Source: Azolla caroliniana (lineage: Eukaryota; Plantae; Polypodiophyta). Taken from it: a stretch of 64,000 nucleotides of DNA. Shown here in pieces: positions 55,758 through 64,000 of the stretch. The stretch's first letter is position 1. Each line of letters begins with the position of its first letter. The stretch is taken from positions 5,580,001-5,644,000 of the forward strand of contig JBHGNT010000014.1 of the NCBI GenBank assembly GCA_043228905.1, given 5' to 3'. The translations under genes were made by a program, and so were the position numbers. The notes under the pieces are model-generated. The model did no database searches, had not been told where the DNA came from, and saw only the letters and a program-made list of their open reading frames with translations.

Positions 55758-56284
55758 TGCACTTCTATGTGCTTTGTCCCAGTATGGAACACTGGGTTCT
55801 TGGCGAGCTGTATGTTGCTCATGTTGTCACAATGGATCGGGATCGGGGTCGGCACCTCAATCCAGAGGTCACGCAACAGTTGCTAAAGCTAGATGGCTTC
55901 ACAGGTGGCAATGGTAGCGCCCCGATATTCAGCCTCAGTGCTTGACAGAGCCATTGTTGGCTGCTTTTTGCTGCTCCAAGAGAAAACATGTAACCGGAGG
56001 TGGATCGGTGATCCGATGCATCACTAGCCTAGTCAACATCGGTATATTCGACTAGCTTCCCTGGTATACCATGTCGGTATAACAATCCTCGGTCCTTCGT
56101 GCCGCTAACATACCAGAGTAGTTGGTGTGCGCACTGAAGGTGCTCGACGGTCGACTTCTGCATGAACTGGTTGATCACTCCGACTGGGTAACTGATGTCG
56201 GGTCGAGTGATTGTCAAGTATATGAGGCTTCTGACAATTTGTGGGAACCGTTTCTCATCACAGGCCGGGCCGGAGTCGGGACGT

Positions 56285-57017
56285 TGTCGTGAAGATTTTC
56301 GACAACGGTGTGAAATTTGTGTGCAACGAACGAAATCGAGAAGGTGCAATGTGCATGCGTGAAAGGGGTGAAGGCCACACACATATGTTAGCATGTTGTA
56401 AATAGGACTGAAATGAGAATTGTAAAAGAAACGCTAGATGTAAAGTTAAACATGTGCACGTGTGATGTGCGCTCAATTGTAAATATAAAAATAAGACTAA
56501 AGCCTAGTAACATTTAAGTGCATACATAGGGGTGGAAACAAGGCTTGAACCTTGCACCTCCAAGATAGGAGACAAATTAACTTACCACTAAATCCACTAC
56601 TGAGTGCTGTAGAATTTGCATATTTTCTTTTCATACTCAGTCTTTTGTAGGAAGCAAACATATAGAAACCGTGGGCACAAAACCATGGTTTCAACTCGTG
56701 GTTTTAGCCCATGGTTTTTGCATGGAGAGACCTATAAAAGCCTATAGTGGGGCTTGTGTAGGGAGGGAAGGGATGTAAGTAAAAAAGAAACTTTTAATCA
56801 AAGATCTGAGTTATCCTAATGGTGATGTATCTTGTCTCGTAAAACTAAAGTCAAGGGTTCAATCTCTATCTCAATCTCTCTCTCTCTCTCTCTCTCTTCA
56901 TCCATCTATCTATCTTCAATACTTTCTCGCTTACGCTGTTAAAAACATTGAATCCTTCCGGTCCAGGACCTCGGTGGTCCTGCTTCATTTCACGAACATG
57001 CGAGGATTTCCTCGACA
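56285..57017 (+). mobile_element. Solo LTR of the Trp-PBS family, TSD ACGT, with an antisense tRNA-like module
   Basis: TGTCGTGAAG...CCTCGACA; removing it restores host RT LKLR|PDSG; homologous to the 60077-60718 LTR. Confidence 0.88.
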
Positions 57018-60000
57018 ACGTAGCTTCAGGTTCCGGTCCAAGGGTGTAGAGATCGGTCGACATTCCGTCATGTTGAACTTGTACAACATATTCAACAAAT
57101 AATGGCGTTGTGAGAGCAATATGCCGTCGGGGGTCCGGATCACCTCGATCCCAAGATAATAATGAAGCCCTGCCAGGTCCTTCATTTCAAATGCGTCTGA
57201 TAGCTGGGACTTCACGCGGCCAATTTCAACGAGTCCGGGTTCGGTGATGACTAAATCATCTACATAAAGCAGAATGGAAACTGGATCGTTCCGGATGAAT
57301 AGTGAAGAGTCGAGCTTTGAGGCCGCAAACCCCATCTTACACAACCAGTGTGTGATCTTCGCATTCCAAGCTCAGGGGGCTTGTTTCAAACCGTAAAGCG
57401 ACTTCTTGAGTCGGCACACTGTTGACTCGTTCATCTCTGATTGGAAACCGGGGGGTTGGATCATATAGACCCGTTCTTCAAGATCACCTTGAAGAAATGC
57501 ATTCTTCACGTCCATTTGGTGAAGATGCCATCCCCTTGCCGCAGCAATCGCTAGTACCACACGTCTTCATCTTCTCTACGGGAGCGAAGGTCTCGTCGTA
57601 GTCGATTTCGTGGGTTTGTGAGTATCCCTTCGCCACTAACCGGGCCTTGTACCGATTGACGAAACCGTCAGCTCGTACTTTACCTTGTACACCCATTTGC
57701 AACCGATCGGTTTGCACTGTCGGGGAGGGTCAACCAGGTCCATGTGTTGTTGGCATCAAGTGCCTGCATTTCTTCCTCCATAGCAGCACGCCAATTTTGT
57801 ACTCATTGTATCTGTACCTCATGAAGGTTTTCTTTTCACGGGTTAACCGGCATAACTTTTCGTTACCCGGTTTGAGGCCGTTCTTGGACGGTTCGGACTT
57901 CCCTTCTGAAGATCCGCCTTCTTCCTTTCCAGAGTTGGATTCGCTCTGATCCGACTCATCGTTGCCGGTTTCGTATTCCAACATCTTCTTCTTCCCTTTC
58001 TCTTTGCGCGTGAACCATCTCCTCGATTCCTTGCGCGGGTAGAGCACGACAGAGTCTCCACTACTTGCCGGTTCTTTATCTGAGTGGTCATCCAGACTCA
58101 GCCGCTCATTCGACCCACTTAGCCGGAATGCGATCAAACTCTCTTCTAGAGTGCCGAAGTCTTCATCTTCTTCCTATACCTCCTCGGGCTCACTAGCCTC
58201 ATCTTCTGGAATCGGGTCTTGGTCGGGAGTTGGAGTCGGTAGGGTGTACCATCATGCCGACTCATCAAACTCGACATCTCGACTTACTCGTACCTGTTTA
58301 GCATGGGGGTTATAGTAGTTATACCCCTTTTGCTCATGCGAGTAAACGTCTAGGATGCACTTCTCCGACTTCGGATCTAGCTTCTTCTGCTTCTCATCCC
58401 ATACATGCACATATGCTATGCTACCAAATATCGGAAGGTGCCTCAAATTCGGCTTCCACCCAAAATATAGCTCATGTGCTGACACCTTGTCTCCGATCTG
58501 GTTTTGGATGTAGACGACCGTCCAGATTGCCTCAGCCCAATAGAATTGGGGCATGCTCTTCTCCTCTAGCATTTCCCTTGCTGCGTCGACAATCAATCGG
58601 TTCTTTCTCTCGGCCACACCATTTTGTTTCGGTGTGTATCGGCAGCTAAATTCACTCTGAATTCCATTCTGTTGCAGATAACTGTTGAATTGGCCGGAAA
58701 AGTATTCTTTTCCGCCATCCGACTGCAAGCACTTGATCTTCCTCTCTATTTCCCTTTCAACTAAACTTTGAAGGTTCCGAAAACAGTCAAAGACTTCGCT
58801 TTTCTTCTCGATGAGGTAGATCCACGTGTTCTGGATATAGTCATCGATGATAGAGACGAAATACCGACTCCCGCCAAGACTAACATTTTGTGCCGGTCCC
58901 CATACATCCGAATGGATTAGATCGAGCTTGTTACAGGTTCGGTTTCATTCGGTGGGGAATGGAAGCCGGTGCTGCTTCCCGAGTTGGCAGGCTTCACAAA
59001 CTTGGACCTTCCGACCATTGAATTTCAGCAAACCAAACACGACCTATTTCGATTGCAGGTCCTGAAGCCTCCGGTAATTGACGTGGCCGATCCGCTTGTG
59101 CCAGAGATTGATGTCCAATTCAATCTTCTATCCTTTGGCAAACATGGCGGTGCCAACATCATTAGCATCGAGGATGAACACCCTCCCTTCTCTGCGCCCT
59201 TGCGCAATTATCCGGCCTTCTCCCTCAATGAAGCACCTGAGGTGCGTAAACCGCACCTGCATTCCTTGGTTGACGATTTGTCCGACCGATACCCGGTTCT
59301 TTGTGATAGTCGGAACTTCTAATACGTTCATCAACGTTCCCTTTGGTCCAACATGGCTTAAAGGGACTTCTCCGACATGCACAATCGGGTGAGGGGTGTC
59401 GTCTCCGGTTTCGACAATCCCCGGTTGTTCCGGCTTCTCCAAAAAAGAGAACCATTATTCATGGCTTGTCATGTGGTTGGACGCTCTGGAATCAATGTAC
59501 CATACTTCCTCTGATTTGGAAGTGGTCTTCTTCATCGAGTTAGCCTTGTGCTTCATCACGAAGGCCGGCCCTTTACTGATCTTCCCGGTTTCGGATCCTT
59601 CCGATCCTTCCGCATAGTGCGAGCTTTGCCTGTTTTCCCGACCGGCTTTGCTGGATCCAGATTTGTTTGAATCGGCACACTTCTTCTAGCACTCGCTTTC
59701 CCTGTGGCCTTTCTTGCCAGAATACCAGCAATATGTGTCGGCCTTTCCTTGCCGGTTCCCAGCGCCGCTTTGACTCCCCCTGCTTATGGAGGGTTCAGAA
59801 CTGCTGTCGGCACTGTGCTTGTGCCTTTGGTCCTGCTCTTGCCGGCCGCCTCCGTTGTGTGCTGACCCACCTCATCCTCCACGTCCATGAGGCCGATCCG
59901 ACTCGGTGTACAACATCCGATTGTCGGATTGAGTGGTCCTCGACCCACTCGTGTGGTTTTCTTCGACCATCAACATTGATCGCTGTTCGGATTGGCCCGT

Positions 60001-60076
60001 ACTATTGTGCTAGACCACCGAGGTAGATTTGGACCATCTCGTCTTCGTCCACCGTCATGTTGATGGACCCGAGCGG

Positions 60077-63000
60077 TGTCGCGAAGATTCTCATGTGCGT
60101 GTGCTACTCGAGCGACCACCGAGGTCTTGGACTGGGGAGGATGTTCGTAGAATTATCGAAGAAATGACAATCAATGTAAGATTAGAGGAAATTTGTTCAC
60201 TTGAGAAGAAGAAAGATTGTACAGTTGAGAACTAGAAAAATATGAAGAAGATAAAGAAAAATATAATTATATTGATGATAGTGGTGTTGGTGATATCACA
60301 TATTGAGCCCCCCTTACACAAGCTCAAGTAAAGGCTTTTATAGGTCTTTCCATGCTTGTGACATGCACAAAATGATGGGCTAAAACCATGGTTTTGTGCA
60401 CACGGTTTTGCTTATGTCACACAAACCATGGGTTTAGAACCATGGTTTTGTGCACATGGTTTTCTATGGTTGTTTCGTCTATAATTCGTATATGAAAAGG
60501 AAATACATAAAATTTACACTATATGATAGTTGTCCTAGTGGTAAGGTAGACATCTTGTATCTTAGAGGTGCAAGGTTCAAACCTTGCTTGCACCCCTCTG
60601 TATGAACTCAAGTGCCAGTAGGCCTTAGGATTATTTTCTAAGTGTATGTGCAATGTTGCATATCCTTGGTTTATTCGTCTCACTCAGTTTCACACTGTAG
60701 CCAAAAATCGTCACGACATCCACCCCCACCAAACCCGCACATCCTCCAGTATGTGTCGAGAAAGGTGAAGAGGTGAGATCTTTGGCAACGATGATCAACC
60801 GAGTTCCTCCGCACGCTTGTCGACCTCGTCTGACTTCGTCTTCCACTTCAAGTATGCCCAATCTTTCCAACCGAACCATCGTAGCCACCTGATCCACCAT
60901 ATCCACCGCTCACACCTTCTTCCCTGGTTGGTTGTAGTAGATCTACTGAACGATGTCGTTGATCCGACCGCTCTTCCTTCGTCCACCGCGCGTGTCCTTC
61001 AATTGGACTCCTGGCCACTCCTTGCGCTCACTGTCTTCAATTGGGTATTGTGGATCGTTCATATCGATCTCTGATTAGGCCGGGTTTGCCCTTGTCCGGA
61101 TCGATCTCCACTGATCGCTTCTTGGCTCGGTTGGCCTTCGTCTGCATTCGCATTTCGCTGAGTCGGGCTTGACCGATTGATTCCTGTCGGGTCGACCCCC
61201 TTTTGGATCGGGATTGTCTGATCGATTTCCGCCGAATCAGGTTTCGGCCAGGTCGGCCCCGGTCGATCGGCTCCCATGTGGATCTTCCTTCGTCCGGGCC
61301 GGAATCCCGGCCGCATCGTCTTCCGGTTCGACCGGTTCTCGACTCTTCCTTCCTTCCCGCATGCTGCCTCTCCATCGAACTCAACCGCGGCTTCATCCTT
61401 GGCCTCCTCGTCGGCCATATCCTTCCCTCTGTGTATGCTCGCCTCGAGCCATATTGTCTCCTCTCCGCCACCTCCTTTATCTTCGGTCTTATGTCAACAC
61501 ACAGTCTCGACTGTCGAAGTCTCTTGAACTAGTGTGAAGGAATCCCTTCGTTCATGCACATTTACCTTGTCTTCCTCATCGCCCTTCCGGTCGTCCACTT
61601 TTCCGTGGACACATTCCGTCTCTCCGGTCTCATGTTGGCGCATGTGCACAACTGCCGAAGTCTCTAGAATAGGTGTGGGGATATCCTTTCTTCCTCGATC
61701 TTCTTCCTCCTTGTGTTGGGTCTTCGTCTTCCCGTCACCACCTTCCGTCTCTCCGGTCTCATGTTGGCACACGGGCGCAACCGCCGAAGTCTCTGGAACA
61801 AGCGTGGAGAAAGTGTCGACATGGCTATCCGTCGTCGACTCGTCCATAGCCACCTCTGACTCAATGTTGTTTGTCATGGCTACCTCCTCAATCACATCGG
61901 ACTCAAACACTTTATCTCCCTCGATCATGCAAGCTTTTCTCATGCTTGCACCTTCATCACCTGATGTTTCGTACACAATGCGTGTTCCGAAACATTTATC
62001 CTCCCTCGAAGTGGCGTTTGCCGTCCTCGAGTCATCGGCCTCCTCCTTGGCCGTCGTTTCTTCGTAAGACAAGAAGGTGACTTGTTTCGCACCTTCTCTC
62101 TCGGTATCGTCATACCGAACCTGAGCCTTTGTATCTGCCACTTCATTAACCCGCATTTGTTGGGAGGTCTCTTCTTCCTCGATCACCATTCGCCTCGGTT
62201 TTGTCTCCCTTTTAAGCTTTATTTCTTTTGTTGGTGGCGCGTTGCTGCATCTCGCCCCTCTTCGATCATCCCTCATGGGCCGTCTTGTTGTCGTTGATAT
62301 TCTGGCTCGCCCCTTATCATGTAGTCGGCATACACTTTCCATTTTGCTTCAATCCTCGATGAGGCTATTTGCACCATCATCTTCTTCGAGTTTGAGGCTG
62401 ATGGCCATCCTTTCCATTCGATCGATTGACTTCACGAACATAAGGAACTTATCGACCCCCACCAATCTTTGTTCCTGCTCCGAGAGTTGAGAAAAAATAC
62501 GCTCGAAGTCTACGAATGCTTGTGTCGTGCCTTGGTGGGTCTTCGCCGATGTCACCCATTGGTCGAAGTTGTGTAGATCTCGTCCCTTCAGTCTCTCATA
62601 GCCATATTCCTCCAATAGAGCCTTCTCGAAAGTCGCCCACAAATTATGAGCTTCTAGAAGCTCTTTTACATCTTTGAAGATCAGTTGAGACACCACCCGA
62701 CAAAAGTACTCTAGCCTCAAAGCTTTGTCCACACCATTTGACATTGCCTCCATGAGATATTCGCCATCCATCTTCGTCCTCCCCTGCTGCTCTTCACGTC
62801 GGGTTCACCAAATGATGTCGCAAAGATTCACGCGTGCGTGTGCTACTCGAGCGACCACCGGGGTCTTGGACTAGGGAGGATGTTTGCAGGATTATCGAAG
62901 AGATGACGATCAATGTAAGATTAGAGGAAATTTGTTCACTTGAGAAGAAGAAAGATTGTACAGTTGAGAACTAGAAAAATATGAAGAAGATAAAGACAAA

Positions 63001-63457
63001 TATAATTATATTGATGATAGTGGTGTTGGTGATATCACATATTAAGCCCCCCTTACACAAGCTCAAGTAGAGGCTTTTATAGGTCTTTCCATGATTGTGA
63101 CATGCACAAAACGATGGGCTAAAACCATGGTTTTGTGCACACGGTTTTGCTTATGTCACACAAACCATGGGTTTAGAACCATGGTTTTGTGCACATGGTT
63201 TTCTATGGTTGTTTCGTCTATAATTCGTATATGAAAAGGAAATACATAAAATCTACACGATATGATAGTTGTCCTAGTGGTAAGGCAGACATCTTGTATA
63301 GTAGAGGTGCAAGGTTCAAACCTTGCTTGCAACCCTCTGTATGAACTCAAGTGCCAGTAGGACTTAGGCTTATTTTCTAAGTGTATGTGCAATGTTGCAC
63401 ATCCTTGGTTTATTCGTCTCACTCGGTTTCACACCGTAGCCGAAAATCGTCACGATA
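60077..63457 (-). mobile_element. Complete non-autonomous Trp-PBS LTR element: LTRs 60077-60718 and 62816-63457, PBS ~62793-62810, PPT ~60719-60730, gag-like ORF 62771-62349 plus acidic ORF 62342-61494, no pol; TSD GCGG
   Basis: Highly similar 642-bp LTR pair; PBS TGGTGAACCCGACGTGAA; removing it restores host gag ICNP|LGSINM. Confidence 0.92.
60525..60597 (+). other. tRNA-like A-box/B-box module inside the LTR (second copy ~63264-63336)
   Basis: TGTCCTAGTGGTAAGG ... GCAAGG-TTCAAA-CCTTGC T-arm-like hairpin. Confidence 0.65.
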
Positions 63458-64000
63458 GCGGGTTGCAAATCTCCTTTATCTTGGTGGTGTAGTCCATAAC
63501 CGACATATCTCTTTGCCAGATGTTGTTTTGCTCTTGCCGGAGCTGCAACTTACAGGTTGTGGTACTCACGGCGAAAATCTTCCGAAGATTTTCCCAAGCC
63601 TCCTTCGGCGTCTTTGCATCCTTGATGTAGCCGAGCATTTGATCGTGCACACATGCCGTGAGGCAGTACAATACTCGGCTTGCTCCTTGCTCCCATGCCG
63701 GGAAGTCCTTGTGTGTCGGCTCCAGTGCCACCTCGTTGGTTCCTTCCACGTAGCTCCAATATCCATGTCCCAACAGGTACTGGTGCATTTTAAAGGACCA
63801 AGACGCGTAGTTGCTCTGATCGAGCTTCTCTGTGGGAAGTGAACTCGCCATACCTCTATCCATACCTTTCTCTGTCTGTCCTTACCGGATATTAGGGTTT
63901 TTCTTCAAAAGCATCTGTCGACTGCAAAGGTTCTCAACCCTCGCGCTTTGATACCATGTGAAAGTTAGCGTGCGGAAGCATTTGACAAACTAGCTCAGCC

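Larger units (their letters stand above)
53122..64000 (-). mobile_element. Ty1/copia: 5' LTR from 63957, Met PBS ~63942-63956, gag from 63863, PR/INT/RT/RH down to ~53700, PPT ~53424, 3' LTR ~53122-53423; interrupted by three Trp-family insertions
   Basis: [69 protein letters not shown]; the left LTR edge is approximate. Confidence 0.88.

Noticed and set aside
22358-63336. tRNA-like segments as functional tRNA genes
   Set aside because: Acceptor and anticodon stems are degenerate, no anticodon can be assigned by eye, and they lie inside LTRs; reported as tRNA-derived modules instead.

Overview
Eukaryotic, non-seed-plant-like genomic DNA (fern-like is my inference from the TE repertoire), dominated by nested and decayed retrotransposons. 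Host genes: (1) a complete 8-exon calcineurin B-like Ca2+ sensor gene (minus strand, 11651-7323, 217 aa, MGCxxS N-terminus, FPSF motif); (2) an SSSCA1/ZNRD2-like zinc-ribbon gene (minus, starts 51413, probable last coding exon 42359-42222) with a near full-length LINE in an intron; (3) a 3'-truncated U1 snRNA copy that keeps its USE and TATA promoter; (4) an intronless 5' fragment of nuclear-encoded mitochondrial ATP synthase beta with a mutated start codon. TEs include several Ty1/copia elements with Met PBS, a Tcn1-like chromovirus with a fold-back (self-priming-type) PBS region, MITEs, and a family of TGTCR...YGACA LTR elements with a tRNA-Trp PBS and 4-bp TSDs. Two signals stand out. First, tRNA-like (A-box/B-box, T-arm) modules recur in the U3 part of LTRs of several apparently unrelated families, mostly antisense to the element. 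Second, the Trp-primed family always sits at N-CG-N 4-bp target sites, suggesting CpG-directed integration. All calls were made by eye with no database searches.
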